A DNA stretch of 64,000 bases from Oscillatoriales cyanobacterium (GCA_011390955.1 JAABRM010000001.1:110694-174693); one strand, 5' to 3'. Shown: positions 1 through 10,645, counted from the stretch's first letter. The notes: generated by a model from the sequence alone, not told the origin. Program-made: numbers and translations.

Positions 1-542
1 GGAATTCCCCCGACTACATCAGCCCCCATTGCCAGGGCTTTTTCTAATAAACCGGCGTTTTCTGGCTGACTATAAATCCCATCTTGGGGAAATGCCACTA
101 CTTGCAAAGTAATCCAATCTTTAACCGTTTCTCTAACTTCTAATAATGCTTGTAATGCGGTTAAACTGGGTTCGGAAACATCCGCATGACTGCGGACAAA
201 TAAGACCCCTTGGGCTGCTTGTTGCTTTAAGGCAGCGATCGCCCGTTTTTTGACATCCGCTAAAGTTAAATGTTGCTTGCGTTCTCCCCAAATTTGAATC
301 CCTTCAAACAAAGTGCCGCTTTGATTAAAGCGTGGTTCTCCCGCAGTTAAGGCAGAGTCTAAATGAATATGAGACTCCACAAATGGCGGACTGATTAAAT
401 TGCCGTTTAATTTAATTTCTTGCTCACCCTGTTGGGGCAGGTGGTTTTCAATCGCAGTAATGCGGCTATTTTCAATTAAAATATCCACCAGTTGACCATT
501 GATTAATCGGCCTTGGCGCAGGATTAAAGCATCTGAAATCAT
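1..542 (-). CDS. Amidohydrolase, cytosine deaminase-like (partial; 3' end lies beyond the window start)
   Basis: Reverse-strand translation from ATG (complement of 540-542) gives MISDALILRQGRLINGQLVDILIEN...SPPFVESHIHLDSALTAGEP...; the HIHLD metal-binding motif and overall pattern fit the CodA-type amidohydrolase family. Not in the ORF track because it runs off the window edge. Confidence 0.6.
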   Translation of the reverse strand, partial: MISDALILRQGRLINGQLVDILIENSRITAIENHLPQQGEQEIKLNGNLISPPFVESHIHLDSALTAGEPRFNQSGTLFEGIQIWGERKQHLTLADVKKRAIAALKQQAAQGVLFVRSHADVSEPSLTALQALLEVRETVKDWITLQVVAFPQDGIYSQPENAGLLEKALAMGADVVGGI

Positions 543-646
543 AGTGTTTTTTTCCCAAGATAGGACTTTATTTCTCAGCCATTGAAACCTTTAAATCTTA
601 TTTAAAACATTTGCAACCGGGGAGACGATCCCATAATTTCCGGCAA

Positions 647-2323
647 TTAACGTTTACCCACATAAGTAATGCCTAAGTGGTCAGACATTTTAGCAAAAAT
701 TGTTTCTTGGGTAAACGGTTTACCTACAAAGTCATCAAACTCTGACTGAAAAATTGAATCTTCTTCTAGTTCCAAGGGGTTGGCAGTCATGGCAATAATT
801 TTCGGGGGCATATCTGTCTGAACCTCGCGAATTTTTTTGGTGGCTTCGTATCCATTCATTATGGGCATTCGGAGATCCATCCAAATCAAATGAGGTAGCC
901 AATTTGCGGACTCAGCGATCGCCTGCATTCCATTTTCCACGGAGCGCACTTCTACTTCTAATCCTTTGAGAAATTCCACCAACAAAAACCGATTCGTTGG
1001 CTCATCATCAACCACCAAAATTCTAAAATTTTCTTGATGGGGCTTCACCTTTACTGGTTGAACTAACGAGAAAAACTTATCGGTCTTTGACACCATCACG
1101 GGTAAATAACATTGAAAAGAACTCCCTTGACCGACAACACTGTTAACAGTTATTTGACCCCCCAAGAGTTCCGCAAATTTTTGACTGATGGATAAACCTA
1201 GCCCGGTTCCCCCAGCCACTTTTTTTCCCACTTCAGTTTGGACAAAGGGCTGAAAAATTCTACTGAGATTTTCTGGAGCAATTCCTGGCCCTGTATCAAT
1301 CACTTCAAAAAGCATGATTAATTCTTGTTGAGCCACATTTGAGCGGAGTTCCGCCCGATCGCGGCGGTGGGTCGCTAAACTATTTTCCTGGGAATCAACG
1401 ACTTTTAAGCGTAAAGTAACTTGACCGCGATCGGTAAATTTAAAAGCATTGCCTAACAGATTAATTAAAATTTGGCGGAGTTTTTTTTCATCGCTTTCTA
1501 TGATTTCCGGCAAATGAGAATCTCGCTTAATCACAAACCGGATATTTTGCTTATTGGCCTTAAACTCAAAAATTGCCCTTAAATGATTAAGCATTTCATT
1601 CAAAGAAAATGTTTCCCGGTTTAAATCAATTTGTTGAGCCTCTATTTTAGCCAAGTCCAATATCCCGTTAATTAACGACAGTAAATATTGACCGCTTTCA
1701 TAGATAATTTCCATGTATTCTTGATAATCAGAAGTCAGGGCTGGATCGGTTTTCATTAACTCAGCAAAGCCGATAATCGCGTTCATTGGCGTTCTTAGTT
1801 CGTGGCTCATATTGGCAATAAACACACTTTTGGATCGGTTGGCTTCTTCAGCAATTTCTTTAGCAAAACGCAACTGTGTTTCCAACTGCTGGCGATAAAT
1901 AATCTCCTCTTGCAGTTCTGATTTTTGCCGTTTAATTGTTAATTGATTCTCAATCCGAGCCAAAACAGTTTGCTCATCAAAGGGTTTAGTAATATAGTCA
2001 AATGCACCGACTTCAAATCCTTTAACCTGAGAGGTAGCATCGTTGAGTGCGGTTAAGAAAATTACGGGAATCTCGCGATTTATGTCGGAAGTTTTCAGGA
2101 TGCGGCAAACTTCGTATCCATCCATTTCTGGCATTAAAATATCTAGCAAAATCAAGTCAGGAGGATTGAGATCGATCGCATCTAAAGCCCGCTTGCCATT
2201 GGTGACTGGGCGAACTTTATACCCCGCATCTGTCAGAATTTTTGACAAGAGTTTTAAGTTTTCTAGGGTATCATCAACTACCAAGATATCAGCTTTAAAA
2301 GCTTGGGGGATTGGGGAATTCAT
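647..2323 (-). CDS. Hybrid two-component protein: N-terminal receiver, HisKA/HATPase kinase core, C-terminal receiver
   Basis: N-term ILVVDDTLENLKLLSKIL...LLDILMPEMDGYEV (CheY-like REC); H-box MSHELRTPMNAIIGF; G-box GTGLGLSISQ; second REC ILVVDDEP...DLRMPIMNGYE. Its 4-bp stop/start overlap with the upstream kinase suggests an operon. Confidence 0.85.
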   Translation of the reverse strand: MNSPIPQAFKADILVVDDTLENLKLLSKILTDAGYKVRPVTNGKRALDAIDLNPPDLILLDILMPEMDGYEVCRILKTSDINREIPVIFLTALNDATSQVKGFEVGAFDYITKPFDEQTVLARIENQLTIKRQKSELQEEIIYRQQLETQLRFAKEIAEEANRSKSVFIANMSHELRTPMNAIIGFAELMKTDPALTSDYQEYMEIIYESGQYLLSLINGILDLAKIEAQQIDLNRETFSLNEMLNHLRAIFEFKANKQNIRFVIKRDSHLPEIIESDEKKLRQILINLLGNAFKFTDRGQVTLRLKVVDSQENSLATHRRDRAELRSNVAQQELIMLFEVIDTGPGIAPENLSRIFQPFVQTEVGKKVAGGTGLGLSISQKFAELLGGQITVNSVVGQGSSFQCYLPVMVSKTDKFFSLVQPVKVKPHQENFRILVVDDEPTNRFLLVEFLKGLEVEVRSVENGMQAIAESANWLPHLIWMDLRMPIMNGYEATKKIREVQTDMPPKIIAMTANPLELEEDSIFQSEFDDFVGKPFTQETIFAKMSDHLGITYVGKR

Positions 2324-5300
2324 TTAATTAAGGGTTTGATAATTTCAATCAAGCGATCTATTTTAAATTCATGGACTAAATTCGCTAACCTCTCTGCCAA
2401 AGGCTGATTAATCGGGTAAAGTTCTTCTAATAGGCGAAAAATCCACTGCCGATCGGCACTTCTGGCGGCTTGGTATAGCCGATCGATCCATTCATTAGGC
2501 ATCACCATCAAGCTGTCAGGGTCAAAAAGATTTTGCCGTCCATTGCTTAGTGGTTGCTGACTAAAAGCCTGGGGATGGGATAAAATGGCCTCCGAACCAG
2601 ACTTTTGCGGAAAAGCAAGATTCGGTGAAACAACAGAAATCTCAGTTATTTTATCGTTGCCCAAATCTGGACAATTTAAGCATAACCGAGTGCTGGAATA
2701 TAGATCGTGGACGCCTAAAGATTTAGCGATTTGCTGCAAAATGATTTCTGTGGGAGAGGACTCGTGAATCCAGGAATTCGCACCAGCAGAAAATAAAGCC
2801 GATCGCTCGTCTTCAGATTCACTGGTGATTAATACCATCATAAATGTTTGGCGATCGAAGTTGAACGTCGCTGTCCGATCGCTTTGCGGTTGCCGAATCT
2901 GTCGAATCGCCTGAAAATCATTGATGCGGGCAATTTGCTCGTGGATCAAAATCAGATCCGGTTGCCAAATCGACCAAGTTTCGATCAGGTCTTTCTCATT
3001 GCGGACTTTCTTGACCTGGAAATTAAGGGATACTAGCGAATTGGCCAAAATGCGGTGATTTTCGGCTACAGGATCCGCGATCAGGATCCGATGACTTGGT
3101 GCGGTGGGGGCTGGGGCGATCGCCGGGCGATCGGTCATCATCAACCAGCGATCGGCGGAAAGTCTCTGCGGTTCTACGGATATCACCGGCAATTCCACCT
3201 GAAAAATCGTTCCTAGTCTCTGAGTATTTTGGTCGGGGTGATTTTCCTCCACAATTCCCGCTCCGGGTGTAAACTTTTTCCCGCGACTAATCGCAGTAAT
3301 TTTACCACCCATTAACTCAATAAATTGCTGACAAATCGCTAAACCTAAACCCGTGCCTTCTTGAGAATTGCGTCCCGTTGTCGTTTGCACAAATGGCTGA
3401 AATAAATACTCGAAATCTTCCGGGGGAATTCCCGGTCCAGTATCTTCTACTTCAAAGCATAGTCGCGCATTAGCGGAGGCTTGATGCTTCAAGTTTTGCG
3501 GCAAATTCTGGGGATCTACTGTGGTTACTCGGACGATCGTTTCGCCTTGTTGGGTAAATTTAATCGCATTTCCCACCAGATTAATCAAAACCTGGCGTAA
3601 TTTTTGTTCGTCGGTTTTCACCAGATTAGGGACGCGATCGCCAATTTCAAAAATCAGGGGTAAATTTTTGGATCTAGCTTTGATCTGCATCATCTCTTGG
3701 ACAGTGCTTAATAGCTGGTGTAAATTAACCGTATTTTCATTTAATAGCACTTGACCGGCTTCAATTTTTGACATATCCAAGACATCATTAATCAGTTCCA
3801 GTAAATGCTGGCTACTCCGCCGGATAATGCTTAAATATTCTTGGTGTTCTGGGGTCAGAGAGGCATCCCGCTGAATAATTTTCGTAAAGCCCAAAATTGC
3901 GTGCAAAGGCGTGCGGAATTCGTGGGTCATTTTCGCCAAAAATGTACTTTTGGCTCGGTTCGCGACTTCCGCCACTTCTTTGGCTTGCTTTAAAGCCAGT
4001 TCGCTCTGTTTATGCTCGGTAATATCTCTTAAGGAAACAATATAAGCTGATTTTCCTTCTGATTGATATGCTCCGGTTTTCATCTCGATGGTTTTCTTTT
4101 GACGGCGATCGCCCAGTTCGCCCAGTAAATAAATATCGACAGTTTTATGTTTAGGAACGCCGAATTCCGAGTCGATTAATTCCTCTACAGGTTGATTCAA
4201 TATTTGACCGGCGGCTGGATTAGCAAAACCAATTTTGCCTTGGTCATCCAAAATTAACAACCCGTCAGAAGTATTGGTGACGATCGCATTCATCTGGGCT
4301 TGATGCTGTCTGACGGCAATTTCTGCTTTTTTGCGTTCCGTAATATTTTGCACTTGACCAATTAAATATAGCGGTTGGTGATGTTTATCTCGCACCACAG
4401 ACACGCTGACTAAACCATAAACGATGGAACCATTGTGATGAGTAAACTTTTTTTCTCGGTAAAAAGCATCTTCTTTTCCCGATAAGAGACCTTGGACAGC
4501 GATGAAGTCTTCTTTTATATCTTCTGGATGGGTGATATCGTAACAATGTCGCTGAAGCAACTCGTCGGAGGAGTAGCCTAAAATTTGGCATAAAGCTTGA
4601 TTTACTTGTAAAAAATGTCCCGTTGGAGACACGAGACAAACCCCGATCGCCGAATATTCAAAAGCTTGTCTAAATCGTTGTTCGCTTTCTTTTAAAGCGG
4701 CAGTTCTTTCCGCCACTTGGATTTCTAAATTCCGATTATAGTCGGCTAAGAGTTTTTCGGCTTGTTTGCGTTGCGTAATATCTTGAAAAGTCACCAGAGC
4801 ATAGAGAATATTGCCTTGGTTGTCAAAAATTGGCTGACCTTGTGCCTCGAATAGTAATGTTTGGCCATTTTGACGCATTTCAATATCATCAACCTGAATA
4901 CTTTCGCCTTTCAAGGCTCGAATAACTGGGAGATTTTGCCAGGGGTAAGGTTGTTCAGTTCCCACTACATATAGTTGATAAAATTTGACCAGTTGGTCGG
5001 GCTCGATCTGATGTTTTTGCGGATATTTAATTAAGGATTTTGCGGCTTTATTTATATAAACAACTTGATAATTTTTATCATATAAGAAAACTCCGACAGG
5101 TAAATATTCTAAAGATTGAATTAGCTGTTTTTCACTATCTCTGGCTGCCTGAACTGACTGGTAAATTTTTAAAGTAATACTGCTGCTGGTTAAGGCGATC
5201 GCCGATGGAATCACTGGCAGCCACCATCCTTGGAGAAATGCCAGATAACTGCTGGTAAATAACAAGAAATTACCGCAGCCAATATTGAAGCTAATTTGAC

Positions 5301-6435
5301 CCAAGTGAATTATGAGTTTGTTTTTAGCCGAGTCAGGAATTAATGCCGCTGAACTGGCGATCGTCCAGGTAAACGACCAACTAATAATCCACAAAATTTC
5401 TATAAATTCTGACCAGACTTTAATCGTCGGACGCCCCTCAATGGCCGCACTCAAAAGATGACTAATCACATTAGCATGAACGATCGCACCAGCACTAGGT
5501 TTAGGCATATCAGTTAACCGGCTACTGTAGGGAGTATAAAATAACTCATTCAAGCTGGTAGCGGTGGAACCAATTAACACAATGCGGCCAGAAATTTTCG
5601 CGGGATCAAAATTTTGATTCAGCAATTGAGTTAGGGAAATCTTTTCAAACTTTTCCTCGTCTCCTCGATAGTTTAATAAGATTTGATACCCCGCAGCATT
5701 TGTCCGCACATAGCCGCCATCATAGGCAGTAAAAGGTTGGAAAACTGATTTACCTAGTTGAATGTGATTTTTCTTATTCTTTGGATCTATTTCTTGTGGG
5801 GTGATGCCGCGATTTTCCAGATATTTTAAAGCTAATTGAGTCCCAATGCTTAATTGCACTTGACCTTGAGGATTTTGATAAGAAATAAGCACCCGCCGAA
5901 CTTTACTATCCGCATCTAATAATAAATCGACGATGCCCACTTGCGTCATCCGGTCTAAAGTTGGCGGAGGGGGAACGGGTTCACCAATTACTTTTTCCAC
6001 GCCAATTAAATTGGGGGTCGATCGCATCACTTGAACTAAGGTTTGATACCCCGGTTCTACGGGTAAATCTCGATAAAAAAGTAACCCAATTCCCGCTGGG
6101 TTATGTCGATCTATGGTCTGAATCACTTCGGCGACCAAGGCATCAGATAAAGGCCATTGACCGACTTTAGCAATATCTTCCTCGTCCACGGTAATAATTA
6201 ATAGGCGATCTTCTACTGTTTCCGCTGGGCGCCAATTAAAAAATTGATCTAAAAGTGCCCACTCTAAAAGTTGCAACCCTCCGGTATATTTGAGGGCGAT
6301 GACACAAAAAGTCACCGTAGGCGCAATTAAAAAAATACTCCGCCATTGCTGCTGGAGTTTGCTGAATTTCGACAGGAGCCAATTCACTTTATTTTTTGGT
6401 TGTTGGTTGTTGGTTGTTGGTTGTTGGTTGGGCAA
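2320..6435 (-). CDS. Multi-sensor hybrid histidine kinase: CHASE2 extracytoplasmic sensor, TM region, several PAS/PAC domains, HisKA/HATPase, C-terminal receiver-like region
   Basis: CHASE2-like N-terminus (TM, ...LIITVDEEDIAKVGQWPLSDALVAEVIQTIDRHNPAGIGLLFYRD); PAS blocks; H-box MTHEFRTPLHAILGF; G-box GTGLGLAICQ. The annotated 5' end runs through a (CAACCAA)n heptamer repeat that encodes TTNNQQP, so the true start may be a downstream Met. Confidence 0.85.
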   Translation of the reverse strand: MPNQQPTTNNQQPKNKVNWLLSKFSKLQQQWRSIFLIAPTVTFCVIALKYTGGLQLLEWALLDQFFNWRPAETVEDRLLIITVDEEDIAKVGQWPLSDALVAEVIQTIDRHNPAGIGLLFYRDLPVEPGYQTLVQVMRSTPNLIGVEKVIGEPVPPPPTLDRMTQVGIVDLLLDADSKVRRVLISYQNPQGQVQLSIGTQLALKYLENRGITPQEIDPKNKKNHIQLGKSVFQPFTAYDGGYVRTNAAGYQILLNYRGDEEKFEKISLTQLLNQNFDPAKISGRIVLIGSTATSLNELFYTPYSSRLTDMPKPSAGAIVHANVISHLLSAAIEGRPTIKVWSEFIEILWIISWSFTWTIASSAALIPDSAKNKLIIHLGQISFNIGCGNFLLFTSSYLAFLQGWWLPVIPSAIALTSSSITLKIYQSVQAARDSEKQLIQSLEYLPVGVFLYDKNYQVVYINKAAKSLIKYPQKHQIEPDQLVKFYQLYVVGTEQPYPWQNLPVIRALKGESIQVDDIEMRQNGQTLLFEAQGQPIFDNQGNILYALVTFQDITQRKQAEKLLADYNRNLEIQVAERTAALKESEQRFRQAFEYSAIGVCLVSPTGHFLQVNQALCQILGYSSDELLQRHCYDITHPEDIKEDFIAVQGLLSGKEDAFYREKKFTHHNGSIVYGLVSVSVVRDKHHQPLYLIGQVQNITERKKAEIAVRQHQAQMNAIVTNTSDGLLILDDQGKIGFANPAAGQILNQPVEELIDSEFGVPKHKTVDIYLLGELGDRRQKKTIEMKTGAYQSEGKSAYIVSLRDITEHKQSELALKQAKEVAEVANRAKSTFLAKMTHEFRTPLHAILGFTKIIQRDASLTPEHQEYLSIIRRSSQHLLELINDVLDMSKIEAGQVLLNENTVNLHQLLSTVQEMMQIKARSKNLPLIFEIGDRVPNLVKTDEQKLRQVLINLVGNAIKFTQQGETIVRVTTVDPQNLPQNLKHQASANARLCFEVEDTGPGIPPEDFEYLFQPFVQTTTGRNSQEGTGLGLAICQQFIELMGGKITAISRGKKFTPGAGIVEENHPDQNTQRLGTIFQVELPVISVEPQRLSADRWLMMTDRPAIAPAPTAPSHRILIADPVAENHRILANSLVSLNFQVKKVRNEKDLIETWSIWQPDLILIHEQIARINDFQAIRQIRQPQSDRTATFNFDRQTFMMVLITSESEDERSALFSAGANSWIHESSPTEIILQQIAKSLGVHDLYSSTRLCLNCPDLGNDKITEISVVSPNLAFPQKSGSEAILSHPQAFSQQPLSNGRQNLFDPDSLMVMPNEWIDRLYQAARSADRQWIFRLLEELYPINQPLAERLANLVHEFKIDRLIEIIKPLIK
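6389..6432. repeat. Heptanucleotide tandem repeat (TTGGTTG/CAACCAA)n, one locus of a dispersed family
   Basis: Direct reading: ttggttgttggttgttggttgttggttg. The same repeat occurs at 19316-19392, 19547-19570, 19680-19742, 23853-23885, 38355-38478 and 50340-50412. Confidence 0.9.
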
Positions 6436-6813
6436 AATAGTTACACCATTTACAAAAATTCATCCAGCATCTCCTAACATTCGTAGGGTGGGCAAAAATA
6501 CCCAACCTACCATATATATATGATGGTGGACTTTTGCCCACCCTACAATATAAATAATTATTATAAATTTTTGTAAATGGTATTAACAATTGTTAATTAT
6601 CAATTGTTAATTATCAATTGTTAATTAATAGCCAAAAATTACCAATTATCAATTTTGAAGAGGCGGGTTTGGGAAGTTGCGGAGGTAAAGTATTTCACAA
6701 GTGATGATAAATAATTATGATAAATATAGTTATTGGTTATTTATGATTGGCTATTTGTTGGTTGAACCGAACAATCCCTAACCAATAAAAAATAACCAAT
6801 AACATTTTTTAAG

Positions 6814-7608
6814 TTACGGCTGGGCTAACAAGGATTCATGGGCGATCGCATTCAGCCCCACTGAGTTTAATAAATTGACCCAATTCTGATTCATAAAACT
6901 GGAGTCAATGGCGGAAGCATTACCCAAATCTGCTGATTGATTCAGTTGAAACAGGATGTTTAAAGTATCGTACCAAATCCCCGCTTGACCATAGAATACT
7001 GCCTGCTCAATACTGAGATTAGATGGTAAATCAGAGGCGATATTTTCCTCTAGTTGAACCCGTTCTAATTGACCTGTGACCCAGGGCATATCCGATTGAG
7101 CGGGCTGGCACATTAACGCCACAGACCAGTCATAAGTTTTACCAATTTCTAAAGGCGTTTGGTCTTGGGGCAGGGAGATTTTCACCACGCCAGCATTCCC
7201 AGAAATTGGCAATCTCGCCTGGTAAATGCCCACATTATTTTCGTCTTTTAAGCTAAAATAAATTTGCCGCGCCGAAGTCTGCGGGACATATACAAAAAAG
7301 CTGGGATGAGAGGCGACAGTTAGCCCGTGATTATTTCCCGGAATCAAAGCAGTTAAGGGAATTTCACTGACGCGATCGTTGCGACAAGCCGTGGCATTTC
7401 TAGAAGCACCGCCTCTGGAATCATCGGCTCTCTCGTCGGTGGGCGGCTCGAAAATAACTTGGTAATTTTGGGGATTTGAGGCTCTTTGAGACGGTAAATC
7501 AAGCTGGGCTCCGGTTTGGGCAGATGAGGGCAAGGAAAATGCCATCACCATTCCCCAAGAAAGGAGCACCAGGTTAGTTTTGAAAGTTTTAGAAGTAAAA
7601 CAAGACAT
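6814..7608 (-). CDS. DUF928-family secreted protein (cyanobacterial domain of unknown function)
   Basis: Signal peptide MSCFTSKTFKTNLVLLSWGMVMAFSLPSSAQ. The core IYFSLKDENNVGIYQARLPISGNAGVVKISLPQDQTPLEIGKTYDWSVAL is paralogous to the ORF at 22667 (FVLKDENDNDIARMTVALPEQPGIVRIQLPE...LQVGKEYQWVFS). Last gene of the TPS/CHAT operon. Confidence 0.65.
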   Translation of the reverse strand: MSCFTSKTFKTNLVLLSWGMVMAFSLPSSAQTGAQLDLPSQRASNPQNYQVIFEPPTDERADDSRGGASRNATACRNDRVSEIPLTALIPGNNHGLTVASHPSFFVYVPQTSARQIYFSLKDENNVGIYQARLPISGNAGVVKISLPQDQTPLEIGKTYDWSVALMCQPAQSDMPWVTGQLERVQLEENIASDLPSNLSIEQAVFYGQAGIWYDTLNILFQLNQSADLGNASAIDSSFMNQNWVNLLNSVGLNAIAHESLLAQP

Positions 7609-7814
7609 AAATTAAATCCTGATTTGAATAAACCAATTATAGACTTAACTAAGTGACCGGCGATCGCGGTTTGGGGCAAACCTTGCCTTAACAGCCGCCA
7701 CTCAGACATATCGATGCCATAGAAGCACCATACATATATAAAATTTCCTCTAAACGACTTAACTTTGTCATCCGCCATAAGGCGTAAAAATCATCAATCC
7801 TTGATGATTTTATT

Positions 7815-10580
7815 TTAGAGCCAATTTCCCAATAAAACAAAGGGAGCCCAATAAAAGGGATGTTGGGACTGAGGATTTTTCAGCAAGGCTAACTGAGCCA
7901 TTTGTAAGGCTTTGGCTTTTGAGGTTGCCGGTTGCCCCGCGAGTTCTTGGTAAAACCGAATCATTAAGTCCGCCGTAGAACGATCGCTGACTTGCCACAA
8001 AGTCCCCAAGGTGGTACGCGCCCCAGACCGCACCGCAAACCCCGCTAAACCCAAGGCTGCACGGCGATCGCCTGTGGCGGTTTGGCAAGCACTCAGCACC
8101 AGCAACTCCAAGGGACGACTAAATTTTTGCTCCCGCGATCGCAGAATACTATTAAATTCTTGCACGTTCATTTTGCCATCCCAAGTCAGAATAAATGTAT
8201 CTTCCACTTGGGAACTAAATTGCCCGTGGGTAGCAATATGAACCACGGGAACATTTAAGGAATTGATTTTTGCGGCTAAATTAAAATTGGTAAACCTTTG
8301 GTTCAATAACAAATCGGATTTGAGGATGTGAGAAATTTCTGTTAGTTCTGTTTCCACGCCGGGTAAAGGGGAAAACATTTCTCGCCCTTCGCTGAGTCCC
8401 CCCATCAAAATGGATAATTTTTCCCCAGTCACAGAGTCTACATTTAATAACTGTAATCCGGGAGCGAGAGCCAAACAATATTTAGCAATCAAATATTGTT
8501 GCCCATCATAAAGGGCTGCTATGGGCAAACTCCGCAAAGCGCTATCTAATACAAAGACTAAAGTTTCAATGCCACTTGCCGCTAACTGAGGTTCAGCGGG
8601 TCGAATCAGCCAATCATAGATGATTTGAGAAACTTCTAGGCGATCGCTATCAAAAAAAGCGGGATTCAGGTAAATTTGAAACTGCTCTAGCCGCGCCACG
8701 ATCTCTGGTTCTGGCAATTTGGTTTCATAGTAAGTTAAATCTGCTCCAGGCAGGGCTAAAATCACCGCCAAGCGATCGGCCAAAATAATCGGGTAAATTA
8801 CCGCAGCGGTCGGATCGATTCGATCTATTTTGATTGGCTTGGCTTCCAAGCAAGCTTCGCGAAAAAAGTTATCTAATTCTGCCACTTGTAAGGATTCTAT
8901 TACTTGTCGGGCTTGCTGAAGGTTGGCTTTATTTGTCGGGTCTTGCACCAAAAGTCTCACCAATTCCCGATACACAGGTTCTACGGTTTCTTTGAAAGAA
9001 AATTGCACATCCCGGTGAATATTCACCAAGTCAGCCCGTAAACTTTGCAAGCTATTAACTGCTTCTTGGTAAGCCAAAATTGCCTGATTATTTTGGCCTT
9101 GATTGGTGAATAATCTTCCCTGTTGCCATTGCCAACGGGCGATTAAATCTACTGCCTGAATTTGTTGGGCAATTAGCAAGGCTTGTTGAGTGATTTTCTG
9201 AGCATCTTGCCACTGTTGGTTTTGCTCGTATAATTTCCCCAAAGTGCCTAAAGCGTAAGATTCAGCTTTGGGTGCAGCTAAAGTTCTGGCTGCGGCGATC
9301 GCAGGAGTTAAGATTTGGGCAATTTCTAAGGGTTCGATCTGCCATTTTCCTGAATTGATATTTAGTAAAATATCAGCTAAATTGATGCGAATACTCACGG
9401 AAGTGTTACTCAAGGGTAATTCAGCTAACCTTAACTGAATGGTTAGATATATATCTTTAGCGTCTGACCATTTTTCGAGGGTAATCAGTTGATTTAAGTA
9501 ATTCACATTTGCCTGCAATGCTTGAGTTAAACTTGGCGCAATTTTAGCCGATTGCTGATAATATAAACTGGAAAAAATGTGGTTGCCTAAGTCTCTCCAG
9601 GTATTACCTAAACTCAGCAAAATTGCACTGGTACTTTTAGGATCGTTTAGGTCTTGACTCAGGCTTAAACTTTGCTCTAAAACTCGGCGAGATTCCGCTA
9701 AGTTGCCCGTGAAGCGCAGGGTGATGCCAAGCTGATGTAAAGTATTAATTTTTAGGGAAGAATTGGGTTGACTTTCTAGTTCACTTAAAACTTGTTTAAA
9801 GATGGTTTGCGATCGCGGATATAGTCCCAAAGTTTGCAGGGCGATCGCCTGATTAATTTGGCTGCCCAGCTTGCCAATAGTATCGCCAATTTCTGTATAA
9901 GCGATCGTGGCTTTTTCCCAAGTTTCCAAAGCTGCTTGGGTGTGACCTAATTTTAACTCTACTAACCCTGCGGTGTTTAAAACTTGGGCAAACATCGCTT
10001 TTTCTGTCCGAGAAATTAAATCTAGACGGCTTAAAATTTGTAAACTCTCATCAATTGCCCGTTTCGCTTCCAACCAATGCTCTAATTGTTGATCTGCTAA
10101 AGCCACATAATGTAAAGCTAAGGCTTTTTGGGGCTGATTATTTGCCTGTTCTGACTGGTCAGCTACCTCTTGCCAAATATTCGCAGCAGCGGCAAACTTT
10201 CCTTGTTCAAATAAACGTTGTCCTGCGGCAAATAAGCTTAGTTCTGAAGTGGGAGTTTCCGTAAATGCGATCGCCTCTCCCTTTGCCAAAAAAGTTTCCA
10301 GAAAATTTTCACCGAAGCGATCGTCTTTTACCAAGGATAAGTCCGATTGGATTGCCAGAGAATCATGGGCAGGAATTTTCGCCAATCCGGTAGACAATTG
10401 CATCACGCATAAAAATGTCACAACTGCCATAGTTATCAAAAATTTAACTTGTTCTTTAACTTGTTTTTTAACTGATTTTTTAACTGGTTTTTTAACTGGT
10501 TTTTTCATCTTTTTTCTGCCGATCGAATTCTCGATAAATACATCATCCCATGTTTGTAGGGGCGAACCATGACCGGACAT
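7815..10580 (-). CDS. TPR-repeat CHAT-domain protein (caspase-like peptidase, HetF-type)
   Basis: Long TPR region followed by a C-terminal CHAT domain with the His/Cys dyad context VVHIATHGQF... and LVLSACQTATG. N-terminal Lys-rich stretch and a TM/signal segment (ITMAVVTFLCVMQL). An alternative start at ATG (complement of 10506-10508) gives MKKPVKKPV.... Confidence 0.85.
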   Translation of the reverse strand: MSGHGSPLQTWDDVFIENSIGRKKMKKPVKKPVKKSVKKQVKEQVKFLITMAVVTFLCVMQLSTGLAKIPAHDSLAIQSDLSLVKDDRFGENFLETFLAKGEAIAFTETPTSELSLFAAGQRLFEQGKFAAAANIWQEVADQSEQANNQPQKALALHYVALADQQLEHWLEAKRAIDESLQILSRLDLISRTEKAMFAQVLNTAGLVELKLGHTQAALETWEKATIAYTEIGDTIGKLGSQINQAIALQTLGLYPRSQTIFKQVLSELESQPNSSLKINTLHQLGITLRFTGNLAESRRVLEQSLSLSQDLNDPKSTSAILLSLGNTWRDLGNHIFSSLYYQQSAKIAPSLTQALQANVNYLNQLITLEKWSDAKDIYLTIQLRLAELPLSNTSVSIRINLADILLNINSGKWQIEPLEIAQILTPAIAAARTLAAPKAESYALGTLGKLYEQNQQWQDAQKITQQALLIAQQIQAVDLIARWQWQQGRLFTNQGQNNQAILAYQEAVNSLQSLRADLVNIHRDVQFSFKETVEPVYRELVRLLVQDPTNKANLQQARQVIESLQVAELDNFFREACLEAKPIKIDRIDPTAAVIYPIILADRLAVILALPGADLTYYETKLPEPEIVARLEQFQIYLNPAFFDSDRLEVSQIIYDWLIRPAEPQLAASGIETLVFVLDSALRSLPIAALYDGQQYLIAKYCLALAPGLQLLNVDSVTGEKLSILMGGLSEGREMFSPLPGVETELTEISHILKSDLLLNQRFTNFNLAAKINSLNVPVVHIATHGQFSSQVEDTFILTWDGKMNVQEFNSILRSREQKFSRPLELLVLSACQTATGDRRAALGLAGFAVRSGARTTLGTLWQVSDRSTADLMIRFYQELAGQPATSKAKALQMAQLALLKNPQSQHPFYWAPFVLLGNWL

Positions 10581-10645
10581 ATTTTTGGCTTAAAACCAGG
10601 AATTTAATCCATTCATGCTTCGTCCCTAAGAAAAATTGTGGTTGA

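Noticed and set aside
2043-6170. Small plus-strand ORFs inside the kinase genes (2043..2327, 2585..2767, 2848..3036, 3521..3754, 5961..6170) and similar nested ORFs within other large genes (e.g. 11685..12041, 12474..12923, 47959..48705)
   Set aside because: Entirely contained antisense within long, well-supported CDSs; no independent evidence.
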